Shown one piece after another: positions 11,208 to 20,072 of a stretch of DNA of 64,000 nt; position 1 is the first letter of the stretch, and each line of letters begins with the position of its first letter. The notes under the pieces are model-generated. The model had not been told where the DNA came from. It saw nothing but the letters and a program-made list of their open reading frames with translations, and made no database searches. Source of the DNA: Candidatus Omnitrophota bacterium (GTDB taxonomy: Bacteria > Omnitrophota > Gorgyraeia > Gygaellales > Profunditerraquicolaceae); NCBI GenBank assembly GCA_030693145.1, contig JAUYBI010000015.1, positions 8,619-72,618 of the forward strand. Direction: 5' to 3'. A program made the translations under genes and the position numbers.

Positions 11208-12081
11208 TCAAGCAAGTATCCTGGTGGTTTGTCTTTGGGTGATCATGATCCTTTCCATGCTGGGCATGGGCCTGACCGGCCTGGTTTTTCAGGAGATAAA
11301 GTTTGCTAAGGTTTATCAGCGGATAAGTTTTTCCCTGCCCGCCGCCAAAGCCGCGCTGAAAACAGTTTTTTACCTGAGGCAGAGCGATCCTACGCCCGGT
11401 TTTGATACTTTTGAGGAGCTGGTAGAAGAAAATACTTGGGTTTTGTGCGCGGATAATTCCTATAAATATTATTTCGCGGATAAAAATAATTCCGCGGACG
11501 GGATTGAGGTTATTGACGAAGGCGCGTTGATTAATTTGAATACTGCCTCCCTGGATGTGCTGAAAAGGCTGCCGGGGATGGATGAGGATCTGGGGGAAAG
11601 TATCGTTAATTCCGGGGTGCGGCCGCTTAGTTCAATTCATGAAGTATTTTTGATTGAAGGTATGAGTAAGGATAAATTTATACTTTTTAAAGACTTAGTT
11701 ACTATATATGGAACAGGCAAGATCAATATTAATACCGCCAGCAAAGCGGTGTTATTAGCTTTGGGTTTGGATAATGAATTAGCAGGGGCGATTTTGCGTT
11801 TTCGGCAGGAATATAAGATCAAGAATCCTGATCCGGAATCTACCGAGGACTTAGGGTATGGTTTTTCCAGTGTGAATAAAATAATTGATGACTTAAGGAG
11901 TTTTACTTTTTTGGGTTTAAGGCAGGAGCAGGATCTCCTGGTGCTGCTTTCTGTATTCGACGTAAAGAGCGAGTACCTGCGCTTTAATATTATCCCTTAC
12001 TCCGGCGGCAGGGAGGGGCTGCACTACAGCATTGTTATTCATCCCGCAACTAAAAAGCTTCTTTCCTGGAACGAGTATTGA
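11170..12081 (+). CDS. gspK: Pseudopilin GspK
   Basis: ASILVVCLW, DEGALINLN, HhH LPGM, GKININTA. Confidence 0.8.
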   Translation: MNMPRQYFYPQHNQASILVVCLWVIMILSMLGMGLTGLVFQEIKFAKVYQRISFSLPAAKAALKTVFYLRQSDPTPGFDTFEELVEENTWVLCADNSYKYYFADKNNSADGIEVIDEGALINLNTASLDVLKRLPGMDEDLGESIVNSGVRPLSSIHEVFLIEGMSKDKFILFKDLVTIYGTGKININTASKAVLLALGLDNELAGAILRFRQEYKIKNPDPESTEDLGYGFSSVNKIIDDLRSFTFLGLRQEQDLLVLLSVFDVKSEYLRFNIIPYSGGREGLHYSIVIHPATKKLLSWNEY

Positions 12082-12211
12082 TACTATTTTAAACTCTGCT
12101 GATTAACAATAGTAGGGTGGGTTTAAACCTTGGTTAACAATAGTAGGGTGGGTTTAAACCCACCCTACTATTGTTAACCAAGGTTTGTTATACAGTCGGA
12201 GATTAATTGAC

Positions 12212-12263
12212 TTGACAAAGGAGCCTATCTTTACTAAAATTATATAGTAAAATTTTACTATAT
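12212..12263 (+). promoter_or_regulatory. Sigma70 promoter of the PKS operon plus a perfect 22-bp palindromic operator
   Basis: TTGACA (12212)-17 bp-TAAAAT (12235); ATATAGTAAAATTTTACTATAT at 12242-12263. Confidence 0.7.
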
Positions 12264-12348
12264 GCAAAAGTAGCGCAGGTTTAAACCCGCACTACTTTTG
12301 GGTTATTCAGTTGGTAAAATAACTCTTTTATATCACTAAGGCTAAATC

Positions 12349-12618
12349 ATGGTTTGGGAAGCAGCGACTGAAAGCAAGTTTAAGGTCTTAATTTCTAAGA
12401 TCCCGATATTCCATCGGCGGATTACCGAATCCGTAGTTAGGCGTCAAGCTGAAGAGATTGCCGCCAGGCGTAATGCATCTGGAGTCCAAGAGCAGGATGT
12501 GGTGGCGGCTTTTTTTTCGGATGTTCCCTCGCCATTTTACAGTATGATGGTCCGCCTGCTCGGGCAAAATGGGTTTGATTATAAAAAGTACGGTTTTCCT
12601 AAAAACATTAAAAAATAA
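12349..12618 (+). CDS. Small PCP_red/DUF2621-like protein
   Basis: W...KIPIFHR...AEEIA pattern; stop overlaps the next start. Confidence 0.55.
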   Translation: MVWEAATESKFKVLISKIPIFHRRITESVVRRQAEEIAARRNASGVQEQDVVAAFFSDVPSPFYSMMVRLLGQNGFDYKKYGFPKNIKK

Positions 12619-13622
12619 TGCGGATTGCGGTTATTGGTGCCGGAGCCATAGGTTGTTTAGTCGCGGGTTACCTTAAAGAAAAAGGCGAAGAGGTAACTTT
12701 AGTCGGGCATGGCCATACAGTTAAGGCGATTCATGAGCATGGTGTCGCTATCTCCGGGGCCAGGGGAAGTTTTAAGGTGCCGGTGAGCATTGCCGACACC
12801 TTAAACTATATTCCGGATTTAGTAATTTTAACCACTAAAACGCAAAATATTGATTCGGCTTTAGCGGATAGCGCGCATTTAATACAAAACTCTTTGTTGC
12901 TCACCACGCAAAATGGCGTGCAGGCGGATAAGTTGGCGGCAAAATACCTGCCTGCCGAAAAGATTATTTCCAGCATCGTGATGTTCGGCGCGACCAGCTT
13001 AGAAAGCGGCAAGGTGGTGCATAATTTTGAAGGCAGCTGGATAATCGGCAGCCTTTTTAATTCCCACCCTACGGAATCCCTGATTTCTTTAAGCTTGGTT
13101 TTAGACAAGGCCTTTCCTGTGATTATCAGCCAGGATATGCAGGGAATGAAATATTTGAAAATTTTTGTCAATGCTAATAATTGCCTGCCGGCGATTATCG
13201 GCAAGAGCATGCAGGAAGTTTTTAGCGATTTAACGATGAGCCGGATCAGTATCGCTATCTGGAAAGAGGCTTTTGAGGTTTTTGATAAAATCGGGATAGA
13301 TTTAGTTTCTCTTCCCGGGTTTCCGGTGGAGAACCTCACCAAATTTACTACCATGCCCAGCGCGCATGCCGCGGAGATCTTTTCGGCCATGATGAGGAAT
13401 CTAAGCAAAGACCCGTTGTACGGCTCAATATTGCAGAGCATCATGCGCGGTAAACTTTCGGAGATTGATTATATTAACGGTGAATTCGTGCGCCTGGCTG
13501 AGGAAAACAATCTGCAGGCGCCATTGAATAAAATTTTGGTGGACATGGTGCATCAGGTAGAAGCAAACCGAAGATTTTTTAGTAAAGAAGATTTAATCCA
13601 GAAGACTAAGGAGCTGGTTTAG
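12618..13622 (+). CDS. Ketopantoate reductase family (ApbA/PanE-like) 2-oxoacid reductase
   Basis: GAGAIG, TQNG, KIFVN, SILQSIMRGKLSEIDYING. Confidence 0.85.
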   Translation: MRIAVIGAGAIGCLVAGYLKEKGEEVTLVGHGHTVKAIHEHGVAISGARGSFKVPVSIADTLNYIPDLVILTTKTQNIDSALADSAHLIQNSLLLTTQNGVQADKLAAKYLPAEKIISSIVMFGATSLESGKVVHNFEGSWIIGSLFNSHPTESLISLSLVLDKAFPVIISQDMQGMKYLKIFVNANNCLPAIIGKSMQEVFSDLTMSRISIAIWKEAFEVFDKIGIDLVSLPGFPVENLTKFTTMPSAHAAEIFSAMMRNLSKDPLYGSILQSIMRGKLSEIDYINGEFVRLAEENNLQAPLNKILVDMVHQVEANRRFFSKEDLIQKTKELV

Positions 13623-13625
13623 ATA

Positions 13626-14213
13626 ATGAATGAAGTAAATACCCCCTTTCCGCGGCTAAGGCTTACCGTAACCCAAGTTATGGGTGTCTGTTACCATGGT
13701 TACAAAATTGGCGATGAGATTATTTTAGAAGATTTTACGCATGGGCCTAAACATTTCTGTTTAGGATTGGCGCACGCTCTTTTTCCGGTAATCTACGCTT
13801 TAAGCTTTGGCGCAAAATTTGGTTTTCGTGATAATCAGCGCTCGCTGTTGGTGACCTGTCCGGATGGAGGCAAGCTGGAGTTTAAAGCCGAGATTTTGGA
13901 TAAACAGGGTAAGCTTGAGGAAATTCCGCGCGACCCGGAACATAAGGGGCCGCAGCCTAAGAAAATGATTCTGGAAGTAGTGCAATCCAAGGGCAAGTGC
14001 ACTTTTGGATATAAAGTAGGTGATAAATGGGAAACGCAGGGTTTAAAATGTATTCCGGATTTTTGCGGAGCGGCATTTCACACTGCTTTTCCGGCTTTGT
14101 TTGCTTTAAATTTTGGAGCCCAGTTTTTCTTTATGCCCAATCCGGATACAATTGATACGGTTACTTGCCCGGATGGCGGGAATATTATTTTTAAAGTGAA
14201 AAGGATAGATTAA
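13626..14213 (+). CDS. Tandem TIGR04076-like Cys-rich protein
   Basis: Two repeats of GxC..GYKxGD...FC...TCPDG. Confidence 0.7.
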   Translation: MNEVNTPFPRLRLTVTQVMGVCYHGYKIGDEIILEDFTHGPKHFCLGLAHALFPVIYALSFGAKFGFRDNQRSLLVTCPDGGKLEFKAEILDKQGKLEEIPRDPEHKGPQPKKMILEVVQSKGKCTFGYKVGDKWETQGLKCIPDFCGAAFHTAFPALFALNFGAQFFFMPNPDTIDTVTCPDGGNIIFKVKRID

Positions 14214-14283
14214 AGTAGAGTAGGGGAGGTTTAAACCTCCCCTACAGTTGTGGATAACTCACAGTGTGAAAGGAAAAAGAGAA

Positions 14284-15543
14284 GTGATTAAACGCAGGGT
14301 AGTGATTACCGGCATTGGGGTAATTTCGCCTAATGGCATCGGTAAAAAGAATGCCTGGGAAGGTTTTGCCGGCGGAAAATCCGGGGTACGTTTAGTTGAT
14401 GGTTTTGATGTCTCAGTATTTAATACTAAAATTGCCGCGGAGGTGCGCGATTTTGATCCTTTTAAATTAGGCTTAAGCCATGAAGAAGCCATGCGCATGG
14501 ATCGCTATGTGCAATTTGGCGTAGCTGCCGGTAAAATGGCAGTGGAAGACAGTAAGTTGGACTTTTCTCAAGAAGATGTTCAGCGCATCGGCGTTTGTTT
14601 AGCTAATGCTATCTGCGGGACCAAATATATGGAAGAAGAGTTTGCTTTGGTTACTGACGACGGGAAAAAACCCATAGATCCGAGTTTAGTGCGGCCGGAT
14701 TTATATGATGCGGCAATGTTTAATACTCCGTCAATTGAAATCAGCGCGCGTTTCGGCTTAAAAGGAAGTTGTAATACTATTTCCACCGGATGCACCGCAG
14801 GCACGGATTCCTTAGGTTTTGGCCTGGAAAGTATTCAGGATGGGTCGTTGGATGTGATGATTTGCGGAGCAGCCGAAGCGCCGCTTACTCCGATTACCTT
14901 TGGCGCTTTTGACGTGGTAAATGTCTTATCAGTGCATAATGATGAGCCGCAAAAAGCATCGCGCCCCTTTGATAATAAAAGGGATGGGTTTGTTTTAGGA
15001 GAGGGGGCCGGGATACTGGTGCTGGAGGAATTAAATCACGCCTTAAAGCGGAATGCCCCGATTTATTGCGAGATTTTGGGTTTCGGCACCAGTTGTAATG
15101 CTTTTCATATGACGGATCTTCCTTCTGATGGACGGGCAATGGAGACCTGTATTGCCCTGGCCTTAAAAGATGCGCAGGTTAAACCCTCTGAAATTGATTA
15201 TATCAACGCGCATGGCTCAAGTACGCGGATGAATGATATTTTTGAAAGTAATGCTTATAAAGCGATTTTTGACGAAGCTGCCTATCAGCTGCCTATCAGT
15301 TCATTTAAATCTATGATCGGCCACCCTCTGGCTGCGGCTAATGCTATTGAGATGACGATTGCCGCGATGATTTTTGAGAAAAATATTCTTCCTCCGACGA
15401 TAAACCAAGAGGAAAAAGACCCGCAGTGTGACCTGTATTATATTCCCAATGAAGCGATACAGAAAAAAGTAAATATTATTTTAAAAACCAGCAGTGGTTT
15501 TTCAGGGATACACTCTTCGCTGGTTTTGAAACGATTTAAATAA
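14284..15543 (+). CDS. Type II PKS ketosynthase alpha
   Basis: STGCTAGTD active Cys, NAHGSST, KSMIGH, SGFSG; GTG start at 14284. Confidence 0.88.
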   Translation: MIKRRVVITGIGVISPNGIGKKNAWEGFAGGKSGVRLVDGFDVSVFNTKIAAEVRDFDPFKLGLSHEEAMRMDRYVQFGVAAGKMAVEDSKLDFSQEDVQRIGVCLANAICGTKYMEEEFALVTDDGKKPIDPSLVRPDLYDAAMFNTPSIEISARFGLKGSCNTISTGCTAGTDSLGFGLESIQDGSLDVMICGAAEAPLTPITFGAFDVVNVLSVHNDEPQKASRPFDNKRDGFVLGEGAGILVLEELNHALKRNAPIYCEILGFGTSCNAFHMTDLPSDGRAMETCIALALKDAQVKPSEIDYINAHGSSTRMNDIFESNAYKAIFDEAAYQLPISSFKSMIGHPLAAANAIEMTIAAMIFEKNILPPTINQEEKDPQCDLYYIPNEAIQKKVNIILKTSSGFSGIHSSLVLKRFK

Positions 15544-15611
15544 AGGGGACGGTTCTATTTTTTATAGAGCCTGTTTGATAAAAAAATAGAACCGTCCCCG
15601 GGATTTTAACT

Positions 15612-16841
15612 ATGAATAAAATTGCTATCACGGGTATCGGCGTAGTCAGCCCCTCAGGGATCGGCAAGCGGCAATTCTGGGCGAATATTAAAAGCGGACG
15701 CTCGTTCATTAAAAAGATTACGCGTTTTGATGCCAGCCTTTATCCTGCGCATATTGCCGGGCAAATTGATGACCTGGAAAAGTATAGCCATATCTCCGAG
15801 AGGCTGCTGAAGAAAATTGATGCTTTTTCACATATGGCGCTGGTGGCCGCAGAGCTGGCTTTGCAGGATGCCGGGATTGATATTAAGAATGAAGATCCGA
15901 ACCTGGTGGGTATCTTTTTAGGTAATGCTATTGGCGGCTGGCTTTACGCGGAGACAGAGTTAAGGGACCTGTATTTAGAGGGGCGCCAGGGTGTCTCACC
16001 TTACATGGCTAGCGCCTGGTTTCCGGCGGCACCTCAAGGCCAGGTTTCAATTTATTATGGGATTAAAGGTTTTAGCAAGACCGTAGTCAGCGACCGGGCC
16101 AGCTCCCTGATGGCGCTGGGCTATGCCCGGAAAGTTTTGGCTAAAAATAAACTAAACATGATTTTAGCCGGAGGGATGGAGGCGCCGGTTACTCCGTATG
16201 CTTTATTATGTTGTAATACCTATGGGGCGCTCTCTAAAAACAATGATCATCCGGCGGCAGCTTATCGTCCATTTGACCAGGAGCGCAGCGGTTTTGTGAT
16301 TGGCGAAGGCGCGGGGATTGTGGTCATGGAAAGTATTCAACGCGCCAGGGGCCGGGGCGCGAATATTTTAGGCTTAATTAGCGGCTATGGCACTTCTTGT
16401 GACGGGGTAAATAGAATTAATTGCGCTAGCGACGGGAAGGAACTGGCGCGGGCGATAAATATGGCGCTGGCGGATGCCCAAGTGGCTGCTGAAGAAATTG
16501 GTTATATCAGTTTAGACGGCTTGGCAGTGGAGCTTTGGGATAACTCCGAAATTAAAGCGCTAGAATTAGTTTTTGGGGAGAACTTAAAGAAAATTCCTGT
16601 AAGCTGCCCAAAATCTATGTTCGGGAATTTGCTGGGGGCTTCCGGTGTTTTAGATATGATTATCGCGCTTTTAACTATGGAGCATAGTTTAGTCCCTCCG
16701 ATATTGAATTTAGAGAAGCCGGCTTTAAACAGTTTAAATTATGTGGCTAAAGAGTCCAGGGAATATAAGGTAAGTAAATCTTTGATTATTTCACGCGGAA
16801 GAGGCGGGATTAATTCGGTTTTGGTTGTTGAGAAATTATAA
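15612..16841 (+). CDS. Type II PKS chain length factor (KS-beta)
   Basis: GVSPYMASAWFPAAPQGQVSI (CLF hallmark), no catalytic Cys (VSDRASS) or His, RGRGGINS. Confidence 0.88.
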   Translation: MNKIAITGIGVVSPSGIGKRQFWANIKSGRSFIKKITRFDASLYPAHIAGQIDDLEKYSHISERLLKKIDAFSHMALVAAELALQDAGIDIKNEDPNLVGIFLGNAIGGWLYAETELRDLYLEGRQGVSPYMASAWFPAAPQGQVSIYYGIKGFSKTVVSDRASSLMALGYARKVLAKNKLNMILAGGMEAPVTPYALLCCNTYGALSKNNDHPAAAYRPFDQERSGFVIGEGAGIVVMESIQRARGRGANILGLISGYGTSCDGVNRINCASDGKELARAINMALADAQVAAEEIGYISLDGLAVELWDNSEIKALELVFGENLKKIPVSCPKSMFGNLLGASGVLDMIIALLTMEHSLVPPILNLEKPALNSLNYVAKESREYKVSKSLIISRGRGGINSVLVVEKL

Positions 16842-16886
16842 GGCAGGGGAGGTTTAAACCTCCCCATGTTTTAAAACGGAGGAAAT

Positions 16887-18347
16887 ATGAAAATACTATT
16901 TGTTATGCCGAAAGTCGGTGCTTGGGCAACGCATGGAACACATCGTTCTCCGAATCAGTTATACGCGCATTGGGCGGCTTATGCGCGCGAAAGAGGCTAT
17001 GAGGATGTTTCTGTCTTAGACGGTAAAGCAGATCAAATTCCGATGGACGCTCTGATTGAACAAGTAAAACTTAAAAATCCGGATATCGTGGTGATGGGGG
17101 AGCAGCTGCACGGTTATGGCGGATATGGAGTTCTGCGGCATTTTAAAGATGCGGCCCTGGGGATTAAAAAAGCGCTGCCGAGAACAAAAATAATTCTCGG
17201 TGGGTTATGGTATTCCGCAATGCCGGTGCCGACATTAGAGGAGAATCCCGCGGTTGATTTTGTGGTGATGGGGGAAGAAGAATCTTTCGGAGATTTGATT
17301 GAGGCCATCGATAAAAATAAGCCTTTTGGCGACGTGGGCGGAGTCACTTCCCGCGTTGCCGGGGAAATTGTCATGGGCCCCCATAAGCCGCTGATGGAAG
17401 ATTTAGACAAGCTTCCTCTGCCGGCCTATGATTTATTTCCGATGGATAAATATGTAGGCCACACCTATTGGAAACCATTTGTGGATATCGTTACTTCGCG
17501 GGGATGCCCTTCAGCGTGCACCTTTTGTTATGAATGGGATCAGTTTGACCCGCGTTCACCTTCAGATTTCTTGAAATGGCGGGCGAAGTCTCCGGAAAGA
17601 GTTATGGAGGAGCTGAATCTTTTGCATCGAAAGTACGGAGTTAAAGTCGTGGTTATCCAGGACGACAATTTTAATGTCGACCCTAAAAGAGTACAGAAGT
17701 TCTGTGAACTTAAAAAAGCATCGAACAATCCGATTAAGTGGGTATCTTTAGGCCGGGCTATTGATTGGGTTAATTGTGAATCCATCCTGCCCCTGATGAA
17801 GGAAAATGGTTTATTCATGGGTGTTTTCGGTATTGAGGTTACCACGCAATCAGAGCTCAAGCGCATCGCTAAAGGTATTACCATTGACCAGATTAAGAAA
17901 ACCATAGAGATCCTGCGCAAAAATGATATCGCGATTGTCGCCGATATCATGATGGGTTTTGATTATGACACCGAAGCGATTATCAAGCAGCGTTTTGAGT
18001 TTACGGATCAGGTGGATCCGGATATTCTTTGGGTGGGCTATGTTACTCCTGCCCCGAATTCGCCGATGTGGAGGATTGCTTTAAAGAAAAACTGGATTGA
18101 TCCTAAAAAAGTAGATTTTAGCCGGTGGGATTTCTTGCATCCGGTAATTCCTACGGACCATCTGTCTACGGAAGATCTCGGACGCCTGGGTTCCTGGTGT
18201 ATGCGTGAATTTTTTTCCAAGCCCGGGCGCATTAATAGAATTATGGAAAGTGATTTTGATCCATTAGCTAAGCTTTGCTTTCAGGACGTGATGGCCGGAG
18301 TTGGTAAATGGGAAGCAGCCGCAACCAAGGGCGAAGTGCAGATATAG
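16887..18347 (+). CDS. B12-binding-domain radical SAM enzyme
   Basis: N-terminal B12-binding-like domain (IILGG, VDFVVMGE), TSRGCPSACTFC, DDNF. Confidence 0.88.
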   Translation: MKILFVMPKVGAWATHGTHRSPNQLYAHWAAYARERGYEDVSVLDGKADQIPMDALIEQVKLKNPDIVVMGEQLHGYGGYGVLRHFKDAALGIKKALPRTKIILGGLWYSAMPVPTLEENPAVDFVVMGEEESFGDLIEAIDKNKPFGDVGGVTSRVAGEIVMGPHKPLMEDLDKLPLPAYDLFPMDKYVGHTYWKPFVDIVTSRGCPSACTFCYEWDQFDPRSPSDFLKWRAKSPERVMEELNLLHRKYGVKVVVIQDDNFNVDPKRVQKFCELKKASNNPIKWVSLGRAIDWVNCESILPLMKENGLFMGVFGIEVTTQSELKRIAKGITIDQIKKTIEILRKNDIAIVADIMMGFDYDTEAIIKQRFEFTDQVDPDILWVGYVTPAPNSPMWRIALKKNWIDPKKVDFSRWDFLHPVIPTDHLSTEDLGRLGSWCMREFFSKPGRINRIMESDFDPLAKLCFQDVMAGVGKWEAAATKGEVQI

Positions 18348-18434
18348 AATTAAATCAAGGGGACGGTTCTATTTTTCCGTCGCCCAACTGGTTTGAAAAA
18401 CAGAACCGTCCCCATGTTTTAAAACGGAGGATAA

Positions 18435-18671
18435 ATGGATACAAAAATAAAAATAAAAGAAGTATTGAGCAGTTTATTAAAAGTAAAAATTGAGGAATTA
18501 AAAGACGGCTCTACTTTAATTGACAGCATCGGCGTGGATTCTACGGAGATGGTGGAATCGGTGATTGCCCTGGAAAAATCATTCGGGGTGAAGCTTAGCC
18601 CCAAAGAGATTACCAAGAACTCAACGATTAACGATATCGTAAATAATATCCAGTCAAAGTTAAATAAATAA
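18435..18671 (+). CDS. Acyl carrier protein
   Basis: 78 aa, IGVDSTEMVE phosphopantetheine Ser motif, LEKSFGV. Confidence 0.9.
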   Translation: MDTKIKIKEVLSSLLKVKIEELKDGSTLIDSIGVDSTEMVESVIALEKSFGVKLSPKEITKNSTINDIVNNIQSKLNK

Positions 18672-18740
18672 AGTTATCCACAACCGTAGGGTGGGTTTAA
18701 ACCCACCCTACAGGGGTAAATAAAAAGAGGAGCCAGCCGG

Positions 18741-19541
18741 GTGAAGATAGTTGATTTAAGCCTGCCCATCGATGAGTCGGCTTTTGAGGTGCACAAGGTG
18801 GATATTGAACGGATAACGCATCGAGCCGGTGTAGATAAATTTAATCGCGTGATTATGGGCAAGGCCCTGTGGGGTAAAATAAAATACGCCTTAGGACAGC
18901 GCATCGTGAAAAAAGAACAGCTGCCCGACGAAGAATTTCTCTCCTTAGAGATCGTGCACGCTCCGGTGCATATCGGAACACACCTGGATTATTCTTTCCA
19001 TTACGGCTCAAAATCAGAGAACCGCGCCTCCAAGACCGCGGATGAGATCCCGTTAGAATATTGTTATCAGGATGGGGTTAAACTTGATTTTAGGCATAAA
19101 AAACCCAATGAGGTAATCAAGGCAGCGGATATAGAAAGCGCTCTAAAGAAGACAAATTATCAACTTAAGCCTTTAGATATTGTATTATTACAGACGGCAG
19201 CGGATAAGCTTTATGGCGGGCCAAAATATTTTTCCGATTATCCTGGCGTAGATCCCTCAGCTATAGAATATCTTTTAGATAAAGGAATTAAGATCTTTGG
19301 CGTAGACACGATGGGGATTGACCGGCCGTATAGATTTATGCTCAGTGAATTTATTAAGACCAAAGATCCAAAGACATTTTATCCAGCGCATTTTTATGGC
19401 CGTAAAAGAGAATTTATCCATATCGAGCGGCTGGCGAACCTGGAAAAAATACCGGATTCCGGTTTTAAGATTCTTTGTTTTCCGATACGCATAAAGAATA
19501 CTGGCGCAGCTTGGGCCAGAGTAGTTGCTCTTTTAGATTAA
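18741..19541 (+). CDS. Cyclase family (kynurenine formamidase-like; DpsY/OxyN-type polyketide cyclase)
   Basis: IVDLSLPI, HIGTHLD, GVDTMGID, HIERLANL. Confidence 0.85.
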   Translation: MKIVDLSLPIDESAFEVHKVDIERITHRAGVDKFNRVIMGKALWGKIKYALGQRIVKKEQLPDEEFLSLEIVHAPVHIGTHLDYSFHYGSKSENRASKTADEIPLEYCYQDGVKLDFRHKKPNEVIKAADIESALKKTNYQLKPLDIVLLQTAADKLYGGPKYFSDYPGVDPSAIEYLLDKGIKIFGVDTMGIDRPYRFMLSEFIKTKDPKTFYPAHFYGRKREFIHIERLANLEKIPDSGFKILCFPIRIKNTGAAWARVVALLD

Positions 19542-19631
19542 AATTAAAAATCAAGGGGACGGTTCTGTTTTTCCGTCGCTTAATCTAATTGAAAAATAGA
19601 ACCGTCCCCATGTTTTAAAACGGAGGGACAA

Positions 19632-20072
19632 ATGGGCCACACGTGTAACTCGATTATTATTAATGCGCCTTATGGTTTAGTTTTTGATATTTCTAATGAT
19701 ATTACGCGTTGGACGGAGTTATTCGGTACGGAATATAAAAAAGCAGAGGTAGTGAAGAAAGAATCCAATAAGATTACTTTTCGCCTGACGGATGAAGATG
19801 ATAAATCCTGGCAATCCTGGCGGCTGCTTTTTAAGGATAAGTATTTTGCCTATGCGGAAAGGGAGGAGCCCAAATTTCCTTTTAAATATATGAAGATCAT
19901 CTGGCTTTATACGCCTAAACCAGAAGGAATAGAAATGGCCTGGATCCAACATTTTGAGATGGAGCAAAAGGCTAAGTTTAATGATGCGCAGATTGAAGGG
20001 TTTATTAATGAAGGCTCGCAGGATAATTTGAAGATTTTTAAAGAGATTATTGAAAAAGAAGCGCTGAAGTGA
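19632..20072 (+). CDS. TcmN/WhiE-ORFVI-like aromatase/cyclase (SRPBCC)
   Basis: MGHTCNSIIINAP...ND...W.ELF.EY, W.S.R, PFKYMKI.W.Y. Confidence 0.85.
   Translation: MGHTCNSIIINAPYGLVFDISNDITRWTELFGTEYKKAEVVKKESNKITFRLTDEDDKSWQSWRLLFKDKYFAYAEREEPKFPFKYMKIIWLYTPKPEGIEMAWIQHFEMEQKAKFNDAQIEGFINEGSQDNLKIFKEIIEKEALK

Noticed and set aside
14284-16841. FabF/FabB fatty acid synthase or aryl-polyene KS pair
   Set aside because: The CLF signature plus aromatase and cyclase, and the absence of dehydratases, favour an aromatic type II PKS
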